64,000 nucleotides of DNA from Octopus sinensis. Its lineage: Eukaryota. How positions within the stretch are numbered: the first letter of the stretch is position 1; every line of letters starts with the position of its first letter. The stretch lies in the NCBI RefSeq assembly GCF_006345805.1, contig NC_043013.1, positions 28,830,001 to 28,894,000 of the forward strand, written 5' to 3'. Made by a program: the position numbers and the translations under genes. This document shows, piece after piece, positions 12,102 to 25,907 of the stretch. The notes under the pieces are model-generated. The model was not told the origin of the DNA and did no database searches. It worked only from the letters and a program-made list of their open reading frames with translations.

Positions 12102-12639
12102 TTAGCATCTGTTGTTAGCTCTCTTGAGAGTTTCTTACCACAGCTGAGGTGGATCAGAGCAACATGAAATGAAGTGTTTTGCACAAGAACATAACACACT
12201 ACCTGGTCAAGGAACTGAAACCACTCAAGGAAGTGCAACACTCTAGCCACCAGGTCACATTAATGACATGTACGGAGACCGTATTTCGTTGTGCAACTAT
12301 AACATACTACAAAGTTTTATTAAACGTTTCTATAAGATAATACTGTGTTCCATAGAAAACCTGTCGAAACAATCTTAACTAGGTCACATGACTTCACTAT
12401 TACACCTGTTGGTCATGCAGAAGTTGATTTCAGGTGGCACTGGGTAGGAACAACACTTTAAATGAAGCTGAGCTTGGAGAATTGTTGTACAGTTTCCGTG
12501 GCATAATAGGAAAAGATGATGATCTGTAATCTTGAAAACTTAATGGAAAATGTTTTAATTAGTTTTTTGCTGTGTTTTTTAACACGTCAGAGTTCAAAAA
12601 GAAGAGTTATTCTCTGTTTATACAGTCATACACACAAAC

Positions 12640-12692
12640 ATATAAGTACACACACATGCACACACATATATATATCATCATAAATATATGTT

Positions 12693-12733
<41 letters not shown>

Positions 12734-13371
12734 CATCATTGTATACATATATATATATATAAATATACATTATATATATATATATATAAATATACCTTAT
12801 ATATATACACACACACACACATACATATATGCATGTACACATACACATCTCCCTATTTCCCTCTTACCCTGTATATGTGTGTGTGTGTAATACATACATA
12901 CACAGACACTGCTGCTTGCGGACATACACATATCTCCCTACTTCTCCTTCCCCTTTTCTTTATATACATGTGTATTTATCAATATCTATCTATATATACA
13001 TACATGTACATGTGCACACACACACACATGCCTATGAGTATGTGTTTGCCTTTAAGAAAATTTGGAAGCTTGATGGAGTCTGTAAGAACAGAACCACTTT
13101 GGTCTCCCTCTTGAGATTTTCTCATCAATAAAGACATTTCTTCCCTTTCCTCTTCTTCCATCATATTCATTTTGTTGTTCTTGTTCTTCCTCTTCTCCTT
13201 CCTCCTCCCCGCTCTCATCTTCTATCATCTGTTTGCCTGTTCTGGGGTTAGTAGTACTCGACAAACTCCAAACTCGGTAGAGTTAACGTTCTGATTAACT
13301 TACTAATTGCATCAGACATATCTTTTATTCAGGCTTGTCATTATGTGTGTGTGTGTGCATGCATGCCTCTG

Positions 13372-13420
<49 letters not shown>

Positions 13421-13566
13421 TGTGTGTGTGTGTCTGTATATGTATGTCTTTGAATATGTTTGTCTTTGTATTTTGGCACTGCTTAATTCTAATGTTTTGT
13501 TTGAAGAATCTGTAGTAAAGTACATCACATACATAGATACATACATACATATACATACATAGATAT

Positions 13567-13651
<85 letters not shown>

Positions 13652-13876
13652 ATATATATATATATACATATATACATACATATATATATATGTGTGTGTA
13701 TATACACGCACACATATACACGCATGTGTATATATATACACGCACACATATACACGCATGTGTATATATACATATGTCTGAGTGTAAATGTACACAAACG
13801 TATATACACACTTACGTATGTGTGTGTATACATACATACATATAGACATACACATACATATATATACATGTGTGTT

Positions 13877-13923
<47 letters not shown>

Positions 13924-14000
13924 ACGTACATATATATATACGTACATATACGTACATATATATACGTGTGTATACGTACATATATATATATATATATCTG
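12640..14000. repeat. Large compound TA/CA/TG/TACA microsatellite fields with a short unique island (about 13030-13340)
   Basis: Read directly. The ORFs here are repeat translations. Confidence 0.9.
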
Positions 14001-14409
14001 AAGAACATCCAACCCACAACATCTCACTCTACCCTGACCCCACCCTACTCCTATGTCTCTCTACTCACCCTTCCTTAAAAGATTCTAGTGTATACACCAA
14101 ATACATCTAAGAAAGATGAAGAAAAAGAAAGAAAGAAAGAAACCACTCGTGCCCCCCCCCCCTTCACTCCACACCGTCTCCCCACCTCCCTTCCCTCACT
14201 CCACCCAGTCGCCTCCCCCTGACCCTTCCACACTCCACCCCCCCCCCCAACTGTTCACAGCAACTGTTGTCTTCAAACAAAAGCATCTGCTTGTATTCAC
14301 TTCAAGAGAATGTCTCTGCTGGAAATACTGATGCTGCTGCCGCTGCTGCTGCCGCCGCCGTTGTTTGTTGTCTTAAATATTTACCAAACATTCAGGGACA
14401 GACATTCAA

Positions 14410-14685
14410 CTTGACAACTATGATGATGATGATGATGATGACGGTGGCTTTGTTGGTGGTTGCGGTGGTGGTAGTTTTGGTTGTGGTAGTGGTGGTGGTG
14501 GTGGTGGTGGTGGTGGTGGCAGTTTCGTTTGACGTGGCGGTGGTTGTGGTTGTAGTGGCTATGGTAGTTATGGTGGTGATGATGGTGATGCCAATGGTGA
14601 TGATGATGATTGTGATGATGATGGTGGTATGGTGGTGGTGGTGATGATGATGGTGGTAGTGATGGTGGTGGTTGTGATGGCTGCA
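14410..14685. repeat. (ATG)n/(GTG)n trinucleotide low-complexity tract
   Basis: Read directly. Confidence 0.9.
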
Positions 14686-15079
14686 ACTTGCAATAAGCAG
14701 CTGTAGACTGGCCATCAACGTAAATTACTTTGGCTTTATTTTAAGTCCTTTTGACACTCAATTAGAAGAGATGCCATTCTAACTTCTCACCTCTGGGAAT
14801 CAGATTTTGGTTTCAGTTTCATCTCGTTATTTCTTTTCCCTTTTTGTCTTTTAAATCTCAGGGTTAATTTCCTTGTTTATAAGTATGTCTGCGTCTACAT
14901 ACATCCTATGTATTAACCTATGTCTTAACCTATATGTGATCAGAAATTATGTATTGCCTTGGTTCTGACATTGTATATTGTCTGTATTCTCACTGTGTAT
15001 GCTCTGTCAATGTGCATTGCTTGCACATTCTCTATCAATATGTATTGTATGTATGTATGTAGTACATATAGTTTTTGAA

Positions 15080-15760
15080 AGTACATGGCTCAGTGGTTAG
15101 TGTTGAGCTCACAATTATGAGGTAGTGAGTTCAATTCTCAGACTGGGCTGTGTGTTGTGTTCTTGAGCAAGACACTTTATTTCACATTGCTCCAGTTAGA
15201 AATGAGTTGCAGCGTCACTGGTGTCAAGCTGTATCGGCCTTTGCCTTTCCCTTGGATAACATTGGTGAGCACCATTCGAGTGTGGTCGTTGCCAGTGCCG
15301 CCTGACTGGCTCCGACACCAGTGGCATGGAAAAAGCAATATTCGAGCATGGTCATTGCCAGTGTCGCCTGACTGGCTCCTGTGCTGGTGGCACATAAAAA
15401 GCACCATTCAAGCATGTTCGATGCCAGTGTCACCTGATTGGCCCTAGTGCCGGTGGCATGTAATAAGCACCCACTACACTCTTGGAGTGGTTGGCGTTAG
15501 GAAAGGCATCCAGCTGTAGAAAGCTTACCAGATCAGATTGGAGCCTGGTGCAGCCTTCTGGCTCAGTCAAACCATCAAACCCATGCCAGCATGGAAAGTG
15601 GATGTTAAATGATGATGATGATGATGTATGGAAAGGGGCAGCTGGTATATTTGGGCAACTGCTGGTCTTCCATAAACAATCTTGCTTGGACTTGTGCCTT
15701 AGAGGATAACTTCCTAGGTGCAATCCAGGGGTCATTCATGACCGAAGGGGGTCCTTGCCC
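15080..15760 (+). mobile_element. SINE family B split by a family C LINE-tail insertion (about 15270-15628)
   Basis: The B body stops at ..ggataacattggtg and resumes tatggaaaggggcagctgg after the (GAT)n tail of C. Confidence 0.8.
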
Positions 15761-16084
15761 TTTATATTATCTCTATGAAGGCACATGGCCTAGTGGTTAT
15801 AGTATAGTATTCATAATTGCAAGATTGTGGTTTCAATTATTAGACTGGGTGGTGTATTTTGTTCCTGAGCAAAACACTTCATTTCATGTTGCTCTGCAAT
15901 CTCTTTGGCACCCAACATTTGGTACACCATACACCTGTTCAAGCAACATTGATTTGATGGAAGGAATGGTCTAATGTGCAGCACAAACATTTGATCAGAT
16001 TTTGCAGGTTGTTCAGCAAGAAATTGCTGAACTGTCATTCTCAGACTGCAAGAGACTGCCATCATATTACCTGGCTATGAACAG

Positions 16085-16420
16085 TATAATAATAATAATG
16101 ATAATGATGAAATTATTGTATATAGTGCTCAGGTGCACTACAACACATCAAAAGTGTATGTACAGTGCATAGAATTATGTACAAAAGTCAGGAAAGTGAA
16201 CAGTGTAGAGTCATGATATACATGTGCACATGCATATGAAGGGGGTGGGATATCAGGTGTAGTGTTGGCAAATTTCAGGAAGCATGGAGGTTTTAAAGGA
16301 TGCTATGTTTTGGCAACTAACAACTGATGCAGGTAGTTTGTTCCATGCTTCAGCAACTCTGAATGTGAAAAAATGTTTCTGAAAGTCATGGGAGCTGTGC
16401 TGTTTTCCTAAAACTGAATG
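16085..16420 (-). mobile_element. CR1-clade LINE 3' end
   Basis: KQHSSHDFQKHFFTFRVAEAWNKLPASVV..MLPEICQHYT-stop followed by an (ATT)n tail. Confidence 0.85.
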
Positions 16421-16423
16421 ACT

Positions 16424-17032
16424 GCACTGATTTACATCAAATCCTAATTGTGACATTTTTTGAATTCAGGAATGAAATCCTTACATTTTGAATCTTTTAT
16501 TTGATTTATATCACATACAAATGTGACCACCTTATACAGTTTTTCTATACATATTTATGGTTTAGGAATGAAGTCCAGGTATGGCTGTGTGGTAAGGCAC
16601 TTCCTTACCAACTGTATGGATCCAGGTTCAGTTCCACGGCATAGCACCTTGGACTAGTGTCTTCTACTATAGCATTGGGCCAACCAAAGCTTCATGAGTG
16701 GATTTGGTAGATGGAAACTGAAAGAAGCCCATTGTATATCTGTGTGTGTGTGTGTTAGTATCTGTGTTTGTCCCTCCACCACCACTTGACAACTGGTGTG
16801 TTTATGTTCCCGTAACTTAGCAGTTTGGCAAAACTGACTGATAGAATAAGTACTAGGCTTAAAAAGATTAAGTCCTGAGGTCGATTTATTTGACTAAAAC
16901 CCTTCAAGGCAGTGCCCCAGCATGACCACAGTCAAATAACTGAAACAAGTAAAAGTTAAAAGATATAAAATGTAAGGATTTCATTCCTGAATACAAAAAA
17001 TGTTACATTAGGATTTGATGTAAACCAGTACA
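16424..17032. mobile_element. MITE with ~65-bp TIRs, containing a SINE-A insertion
   Basis: cactgatttacatcaaatcctaattgtgacattttttgaattcaggaatgaaatccttacatttt versus its reverse complement at 16967-17032. Confidence 0.75.
16576..16965 (+). mobile_element. tRNA-derived SINE, local family A
   Basis: Head gtatggctgtgtggtaag..ggttcagttcc, internal (TG)n, tail ..gtcaaataactgaaacaagtaaaag. The family has about 20 full or partial copies in the window and probably corresponds to one of the published octopus tRNA SINEs (OK/OR1/OR2); not checked. Confidence 0.85.
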
Positions 17033-17425
17033 CTACTATCTTTCCCCATCACTTCCTTTGAAAAGTTCTGGTGAAGACCTTTAGTATTAAGTGGAGCACT
17101 AGAGAAAACAATTGTATATGGGAAACCAAACCAATAAATGTGACCTCTTAAACTCATTTGTGCTGAAATTTTTCTAGTGAATGAAATTGCACATCCAGCT
17201 TGTACCTGCCATGTTGCACAACTGTGGTTGTTACAAGTTATGGATTAAGCGTTTGTTCAAGCAGACTGCATATGTGTTGCGAACATGTTTCATTCTTTCA
17301 TACAGATCATACACAAATCATAATTTGTATCAAGTGTTTGTTTTATACCCTTATAAATTAAGGGTCAGTTTAAATGGATGATCGACAGGAATGGGTTAAT
17401 GAAGCTGTTTTGTCTCTATTTTCAG

Positions 17426-17492
17426 TAGCCCATTGGAGCAACATGCAGAACTTGCAGAGAAGTTGATCAAGACATCAAAGTCCTCCCAGAAG
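17426..17492 (+). CDS. AARSD1: AARSD1 internal exon
   Basis: Acceptor tctattttcag, donor gtaaca; 67 nt. Completes codon AA|T, then SPLEQHAELAEKLIKTSKSSQK (human CGAEDHVEAVKKLQNSTKILQK). Phase fits both neighbouring exons. Confidence 0.88.
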
Positions 17493-18000
17493 GTAACAGA
17501 CACTTCCACTTCTTGAATTGCACAATAATCCTTTCTACTAAAGGCCTGAAATTTCTGGGGAGGGCACTAGTTGATTACATTGACTCCAGTGTTTCACTGG
17601 TGCTTAATTTATCGACCCTGAATGAATGAAAGACAAAGTCGAACTTGGCAGAACTTGAACTCAGAATGTAAAAACAGATGCACTGTTGGCAAGCATTTTG
17701 CCCATCATGCAAAACATTCTGCTAGTTGGCCACCTTTCCAAACTATATATTAATAATGAACTTATTACACAGAGTTCTCAGGTGCTCAATAACTCATCAG
17801 AAAGGGGTAAAAAAGGGAATAAAAAGCAACAATTTGTCAAGTAATGAAGGATATTAATGGAAGGCAAAAGTACATGCACAGCTTGCTTCCCAACCACATG
17901 GTTCCAGGTTCAGTACCACTGCATGTCTTCTACTATAGCCTCGGGCCAATCAAAGCCATTGTGAGTGGATTTGGTAGACAGAAACTGATAGAAGCCTGTC

Positions 18001-18038
<38 letters not shown>

Positions 18039-18324
18039 CTTTAATCTTGAAATGCGTATGTAGCTAATCTGAGTCATGTGGATTCGTTATTTTTTCTTTC
18101 TGCCTACGTAAAAAAGTGTGTCACTGTCTGGGAGATCTTTATGGTAGTAGAAAAGGCATTTAACTCCTATTTCTAGATGCACTCCCATAGTTATTCATGA
18201 TTGAAGGGGTGTTATATATAGAGGTGCAGGTATGGCTGTGTGGTAAGAAGCTTGCTTCCCAACCACATGGTCTCGAGTTCAGTCCCACTGCATGGCACCT
18301 TGGGCAAGTGTCTTCAGCTATAGA

Positions 18325-18500
18325 AGAACAAACAAGAAAAAACAATAATGTGAGGACGTGGATCAAGTACTGTATTATCAGATGCTCAGGAAAGGAAGGA
18401 AACAGGATTTAACGTTTCGTGCATAGCTCTTCTTCAGAAATAGAAGAAAGTCCAAAGGAAAGGAAGACAGAGGAAGAAAATCACCAATGATACACACACT
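18325..18500 (-). mobile_element. Penelope-like pseudo-LTR fragment with a minimal hammerhead motif, inside a SINE-A copy (18225-18745)
   Basis: Minus strand 18440-18408 reads TTT-CTGAAGA-A-GAGC-tat-GCAC-GAAA-CGTT-AAA. Confidence 0.6.
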
Positions 18501-19322
18501 CACGTATATATATGTATATATTTGTGTGTATCTATCTGTCTTTGCCCCCCCCCCATTGCTTGACAACCGATGGTGGTGTACTTAGGTCCCCGTAACATAG
18601 CAGTTTGGCAAAAAGACCAATAGAATAAGTACTAGGTTTACAGAAAGCAAGTCCTGAGGGTCAATTTCTTCAACTAAGACCCTTTAAGGTGGTACACCAG
18701 CATGGCCACAGTCAAATGGCTGAAACAAGTAAAAGAATAAAAGAATATATCTCTTTATCACTTCACCATCATTTAACATCTGTAATGGAGATGGGTAATA
18801 AAGAAATGGCTAAACTGATATATGACTTGAGATGAAAGGAACTGGTAAGTGACAATTTATTCTCCATTATAAAATCCAACAATTGCCATACATGAAATAA
18901 AATAACATAACAGCTTACAACCAAGATGTGTGAGAGACTTTGTGGTTAGGCTGGATTGTTCATCTTGTAGACAAAGTTGACGTACTGTTGTTTGGTGGTG
19001 TGTAGAGGCAGCTGTTGATCTGTTGCTCATGTGGTCTTCATACAGCAACGATGTAGGCAGGTGTCTGGTATAGTTGTGTGTGGTCAGTGACATGTGCCAA
19101 AGACCTAGAGCACTCAAGAACTGCTGTCTTTATAGAGAATACTAGGCTCTCAGGAGCTGGTGATTAATTTCCCGTGTAATGGAAAATGAACTGTTGTGCC
19201 AACACGATCGGACGGCTGGAAGCCGACCAATACAAACAACAAGTTTGTTTAATCACGGGGTCATGTGACCTGCTGGAATGAAAAGGGTTGTGGAGCCAAT
19301 ATTCAGCTATTTAAGCCTAGAT

Positions 19323-19680
19323 CGTTGTGGCACTTGGTCAGTTACAACGATGAGGGTTCCAGTTAATTTAATGTGAAATTAATGTGCAAGTGGTTGGGCA
19401 TTCCACAGACACGTGAACCCTTAATGTAGTTCTTGGGGAGATTCAGCATGACACAGAGTGTGACAAGCCTGGCCCTTTGAAATACGAGTACAACAGAAAG
19501 AGGAAGAAAGAGTGAGAGAAAGTTGTGGTGAAAGAGTACAGCAGGGTTCACCACCACCCACTGCCAGAGCTTTGAGTGTTTTTGCTCAATAAACACTCAC
19601 AATGCCCAGTCTGGGAATCAAAACCTTGATCCTATGACCACAAGTCCACTGCCCTAACCACTGGGCCATTGCACCTCCAC
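19323..19680 (-). mobile_element. Full-length SINE family E with a 12-bp TSD
   Basis: TTAAGCCTAGAT at 19311-19322 and 19681-19692. The tRNA-like head is at the right end. Confidence 0.9.
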
Positions 19681-20674
19681 TTAAGCCTAGATAACCCATA
19701 ATGAAAACATCTCATACATAATGACAGTGTAAGTCAATTCTGCTACACATCCCTTTTTCCACACTGGCATGGGTTTGCTAGTTTGACATGAACTGAGGAA
19801 TGAGAAGGCCACACTGAGCCTCAGTGTCTGCTTTGGCATGGTTTCTATGGCTTGATGCCCTTCGAAATGTCAACTGCTTCAAAGAATGTTCTGGGTGCTT
19901 TGTTTGTGGCACTAACATTGGCGAGTTCACCAAGCGCCTGCAAGACAAAATGCCTCCACTGAGTGTGATATAGTATTGAATGCTATGAAAGTATGATAGA
20001 AGGAGAGGAGCGAGTGTCTTGCTGAAGAGGTGAATACACAGCTTCCCCATCTGGAAAGAGGGAGAGAGAGAGTAATGTGAGGTCAAGGTACAAAGTGAAT
20101 GAGGGAGACAAAAATAGGATGGAGGGACAGAAAAAGTGGGTGGTAGGTAAGTAAGTGTATTAGAGTGAAATTAGCATGACAGATGGTTAGATACACACCC
20201 ACATGTGAGTTAGTGTACTATGCAAGTTATTATATATCGTTTATCTAAATATTTTATGTATAGATGCAAGTTGAGAAATGTACATAAATATTGTGTGTGT
20301 CTATTCATACATATATACATGTTTGAACACATAGTCGTGGTGGTGGTAGTTATATAAACGTACTAACATATTAAGAAATTAAAATTTACAATTAAAAACT
20401 AAATCAGTTTAACCTCATTAAAGATTGAAATGAAATAATTGTTTTCCTGTACATGTTCTCTCATTAAACTTAAATTTTAGCTCCGCCTTCCACTCCAGAA
20501 ATTTCTTACAGGTCACCAAATATGAAATAAGTATTTCAGATTTTTGAAATACGAAAATTTCTGATTCTCTGATTCTGCTTATTTATTTGTGTTTTTTTTA
20601 AATTTTTTTTTTAGATTTATGTTCATTTTTATTTTGTTGTTATTTTGTTTTAAATTTTCTTTCCAATTTTCTAG

Positions 20675-20766
20675 TGTATTGCATCATTGCTTCACGATAT
20701 TGCTTCCTTGGAAATAAGACACTTCAATTCCCAGGAGCCAAAAGAGCCACTTTTTGTACTGCACCG
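20675..20766 (+). CDS. AARSD1: AARSD1 internal exon
   Basis: Acceptor ccaattttctag, donor gtaagg; 92 nt. Translates CIASLLHDIASLEIRHFNSQEPKEPLFVLH(R) (human NNLNLLRDLAVHIAHSLRNSPDWGGVVILHR). Confidence 0.88.
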
Positions 20767-20842
20767 GTAAGGTCACTTTAACACTTTATTCTTGAAGTAA
20801 ATCCTTCACCTGTCAAATCAGCGATAAATAATGATAAATGCC

Positions 20843-20856
20843 GTCGTCATGGCAAC
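20843..20856. promoter_or_regulatory. RFX X-box-like motif
   Basis: GTCGTCATGGCAAC fits RTHNYYWTRRNRAC and lies in a ~1-kb TE-free island. Function not shown. Confidence 0.35.
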
Positions 20857-22164
20857 CTACTGTGTATAACAAAAACAAAAAGAAAATTCATTCTCAAAGA
20901 CCCATTCGTTAGCTGCTACTGTCTTTTCTTTCTCTTATCTTCATCCTTGCTGGCTTTACACAATTATTATAATACCATTCTACAATATGTGTGAAGAGGG
21001 GTGGGTATGCACGTTTGTGTACGCATGTTTGTGTACTTTCCTCTCCTATATCTATTCAAACACTCAATATCTACCGTTTCTTTCTTCTTCTTTATCTTTA
21101 ATCTGCACTAAACATACACTAAATCAACTTCCATTTCAGAGTCGTTTGAAAATTGTACTAAATATGACGTAAATCAACATTAATTTCCAAATATTTTACT
21201 TTCAAAAACTGTTTTATTATTACTTCTAATTACACTTCATTTATTTGATTATTAAAACCTGCACCAAATTTGAATCTAAGCTAAATTTGCACTCGTTCAA
21301 CTGTTATTTTAAAGTAATTCAAAATTCACACTAAATCATCATCATCATTTAATTTCTGTTTTCCATGCTGGCATGGGTTGGACAGTTCGACAGAAGCTGG
21401 CAAGCCAGAGAACTGCACCAGGTTCCAGTGACTACTTTGGCATGGCTTCTAAAGCTGAATGTCCTTCCTGGTGCCAACCATGTCACAGAGTGTACTGGGT
21501 GGTTTTTTATGTGGCACCAGCACCAGTTGGGTTACATAGTAAGTTGTAAGACAAAGATCCCCACAACTGAGAGGTGGAGTAATATTGAGGGAGGTAGTTT
21601 TGTGCCAGTTGAGAGATTAAAGTGTAATAGAGGGATAGAAATAGATATCTTGCTATAAAAGAGATACTTGGGTACCCCATGGACCTAAACCTAATTTTGA
21701 AATATTTTACATTCAAGAATTCTGGTTATTTTGGTTTTCTAAATCTACACCAAAACGATACTCATTTTACATTCTTTTACAATCTACATTAAAAACAATT
21801 TTCATTTTAACATCTTTTAAAATGTAAACTAAACCAACAGTGAACCAACACACACATACTAGATGACCGGTTAATCATTGATTACAAAATAAAAGAGGAA
21901 AGATGAGGAGGGTGATTTGCCAGATGAGAAGAAAAGAGAAGGAGAAAGATGAGAAGAGAAATAGAAATGTAAAAAGGAAATACATTAAGATTCTTCAACT
22001 CAGGAGGCAAGAATGGGATTGAAATAAAAGTAGGAAAGATCTAATTACTTCAAGACAAATTGAAGGAGTTATCTACTGAGAAGGTAGCAGTTGGAAAGTA
22101 AATATTTTGAGACAAGTCCTTCAGAAGTTGGCTATGTGGATCTTTTATTTTAACTCTCTTTACT

Positions 22165-22374
22165 CTCTTTTACTCTTTTACTTGTTTCAGTCATTTGACT
22201 GCAGCCATGCTGGAGCACCACCTTTAGTCGAGCAACTCAACCCTGGGACTTATTCTTTGTAAGCCCAGTACTTATTCTATCAGTCTCTTTTGCCGAACCG
22301 CTAAGTGACGGGGACATAAACACACCAGCATCGGTTGTCAAGCAATGCTAGGGGGACAAACACAAACACACACG

Positions 22375-22426
<52 letters not shown>

Positions 22427-22586
22427 CGACGGGCTTCTTTCAGTTTCCGTCTACCAAATCCACTCACAAGGCTTTGGTCGGCCCGAGGCTATAGTAGAAG
22501 ACACTTGCCCAAGGTGCCACACAGCGGGACTGAACCTGGAACCATGCGGTTGGTAAGCAAGCTACTTACCACACAGCCACTCCTGC
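22165..22586 (-). mobile_element. Full-length, CpG-retaining SINE family A
   Basis: Complete head, microsatellite and tail; close to the copies at 47716, 48275, 57661 and 60938. Confidence 0.9.
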
Positions 22587-23714
22587 GTAAATCATAAAAT
22601 AATAGAGAAATCTTCTCGTTTAAATGTAGTCTGCAATATAAGTTTAAACAGAATGATTCATGTTTATATGATGCCACTTACTCTAGAATGCTCCATCTAA
22701 TTTTCAGCATAGTCAAACAGGATTCTTTTTTGAGAAAAATAACTAATATTCATTGATAAACTTCTCTGAATGCTTGTAGGAATGGATGTATTGATAAAAG
22801 CAAATCTTAAATTTATTTATAGTTAGTCCATTGTAAGATTTTAAACAATGCTATTGTCTTTCTGTACTTCAGCTGAATAAACTAACACTTTTGAAAAGCA
22901 CTTGCCATTAAGAGGGCAATTATTTGTAGTAATGAAATTACAGATAAGTGAAAAAGCAGTATTATCAATATCAGGGAGTTCATTTTAAAGTGAAATGGTC
23001 AAGAGTGCAAACAAAATTATAATAGCAAGAATAGCTAACTTTAACTGAGTCTCTATTAAAGATTTTGTAATATATATGACTTATTGGAAAGTGAAAAAAA
23101 ATTAAATTTAAGAATATTTTAATCTCATTTTTCCAAATGATTTCCCTTCCATGATTCTAGTTATCTTGCACACCTGTGTTTTCCTTTATGTTTTACTTAT
23201 TTCAGTCATTAGGCTGCAGCTATCTTGGGCATCACCCTAAAAAATATTAGTCAAATGAATTGACCCCATTATATTTTTGTTTCTTAAAGCTTGGTACTTA
23301 TTCTATTAGTCTCTTTTTCTGAACCACTAAGTTATGTGGACAAAAACACAAAAACACTTGTTGTCAAGAAGTGGTTGGGCTGACATAAAGCCACACACAC
23401 ACCAAAGTTTGCATCTACAAAATCCACTCACAAGGATTTGGTCAGCCCAAGGCTATAGTAGAAGATACTTGCTCAAGGTGTCATGTAGTAGTACTGAACA
23501 TGGAACCATGTGGTTGGTAAGCAAGCTTCTTACCACACAGCCACACTTGCACCTTAATTTTTTTCCTTAAAAATCCCTTTTTTTTCTTTTTCATCATTAT
23601 AAATATTTTTTAATTTCATTTTTCTTTTCCTTTCACTCATGTCCTTTAAAAATTTGCACATTTATATATCTGCACATTCAAAAATTTGCACATTTGCACA
23701 TTTATATATCTGCC

Positions 23715-24815
23715 TCAGGTGAGATGGCTCTATGCAGTCCAACAGCATCATGTGGTGCTGGACAGATGATCCAGTTAAATTGCTTGGTGTGGCCTCCAAG
23801 TGTAAATGGAATGAAATGGCCAATCTCACCCAGAATTGGGCTTAGGGAAAGCTATTGCTGAAAGGTCAGGTAGAAGTAGTGAATGCTTACATTCTCTCTG
23901 TCATATATAACTGCCTGACCATTGCTTTGCCCTGGTTTATGTCTAACCAAAGTGGAGTGTATGCTCTTCTACTTTCTCTGGAAGGGACACATTCCACTGG
24001 TCAAGTGCAGCATTGCTGAACAAAAGGCTGGGCATGCTGTGAATGATGACATGCTGACATGGATAAAGGCTGCATTTTCTTGAAATAGAACAGGTGTTGT
24101 TGCTGTTCCTCAAACTCTGCCTTTTTCAAAGTTCATCTTGATAGAGATGCAGTTTTGGATCGAGAGTAGTCTAAGTCAAGGCACCTAGCATTTAGCATGT
24201 TGTCAAATGCTGCCAATCCTCTGCCAGTTGGCTAATGTGGTTGGTAGGAGTTCCACTTTGGTATTTTGTAGAGGGTTAGTGGCAGGTGTGAGCAATGACG
24301 TCCTTGGGAAGACACAACACATCAACAAAAACCAACTGGCTGGTGTGTCCCAGTAGACATTTGGGTCAGGGCCCATGGATCATTCCCAGAAAGCTCTGCT
24401 TTTGCAGTAGCACCAGGAAACATTAGCAGCTCGAGATAAACCCTATAGACATGGAAGTGCCTGCAGCCAGGCCTACCCAAGATGTGTGCAGAGCAACATG
24501 ACTGTTCTGCATGCACTCATCCAGTTCCTGAGCATTGCTGACTCATGGAGTTATGTTGAACACCTGCCGTCATATGTAGGATGCCTCTAGCCATTAGCTG
24601 AGACTATCAAGAACATCATCTCACAACCTACCTTACTTTGGCTAGAAAGGACGAGCAGTCTTTATTTGCCTGGTGGACTTAGCAGAAGAGGTTGAGTGGT
24701 GGGCCAGAGTGAAAAGGTTGAAGAAAGACACCTTCCTCTTTAGCCAAACCCTCATCAACTTTTCCAAGTTTTACTTGAAAATAAAAGTGAAGGCAAAGAG
24801 GAAACTGCTGTCTCC
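23715..24815 (+). mobile_element. Decayed Tx1/L1-clade LINE, post-RT ORF2 region
   Basis: Frame pieces WTDDPVKLLGV, VEVVNAYILSVIYNCLT, KVECMLFYFLWKGHIPLVK. The 3' part matches the minus copy at about 39540-39700. Confidence 0.6.
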
Positions 24816-25846
24816 TTGAGAATTTGTAGTAAATCATCCAACCCATGCTAGCATGGAAAGCAGACGTTAAACGAGGGTGATGATGATGATGATGATAGAT
24901 ATGAGTGGTGAGAATGAGTCAAGTGAACCGGCCTGTTCTGAGCATGCATTTTTACACTGGAGGAAGACTGAATGTGTAGGGCTCTTGTCTAAGTGGTTAG
25001 GGTAACCCTGCTTTTGTGGGTAACCCCTGGGTCTTCCCCTAATTATTGAATTTTTTATTGTTAAAGTTTTTTGCTACCTCATTGTGTGTACAAAAACTTT
25101 TCTGTATTTTTCTGTTTTGTTGTCTTTTGTATCTTTTATGTGGCCCTGGTGGCTTATAAAGAAATTAACATTATGTTTTTTTTTGTTCAACAAATTCAAC
25201 TAAATTCAATTTGTTGGTGTTTATAAACAAACACAGAATAAAATAAATGAATAAAATGAAATTTAAAATAAATACAATTTCTAAATTTAAGAAAAAGTTT
25301 AATACAAAATAGAATGAGTATAAAAAATAAATATATATATAAAATGAAACAAATGTATATAATAGAATAAACAAAATAAAAATACAATAAATATAAATAT
25401 TTGTTTGATAAAACAAAGGAAATGTGTTAAATAAAATGGAAAAATAAAACAAAAAGGAAACAAATGTAATGTGGACACAGATATGGCCATATAATTAAGT
25501 GGTACAAACATTGCTTTGTGACCATATGGCTTCAGATTCTGTCCCACTGGATACACCTTAAGTAAGTGACTTCTTCTCGTATAGCTCATGGTTGACCAAT
25601 GCCTTGTAGGTGGACTTAGTAGATAGAAGCTGTGTGGAAACTTTTGTGTGCATGTGTATGTATATATATATATATGTGTGTGTGTGTAATTATGGTTGTG
25701 TGATAAGAAGCTTACTTCCCAACCACATGGCCCTGGGTTCAGTCCCACTGTGTGTACCTTGGGCAAGTGTCTTCTACTATAGCCTCAGGCTATCCAAAGC
25801 CTTGTGAGTGGATTTGGTAGATGGAAACTGAACAAAGCCTATCATG

Positions 25847-25907
<61 letters not shown>

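Noticed and set aside
13325-14110. Long ORFs on both strands rich in Y/I/H/T/C/V
   Set aside because: Translations of TA/CA/TG microsatellites. The same applies to 62496-63293, 49568-50106 and 12829-13131.
14267-14718. Poly-His, poly-Thr, poly-Val and poly-Met ORFs
   Set aside because: (ATG)/(GTG) repeats open in several frames, with no splice context or domain.
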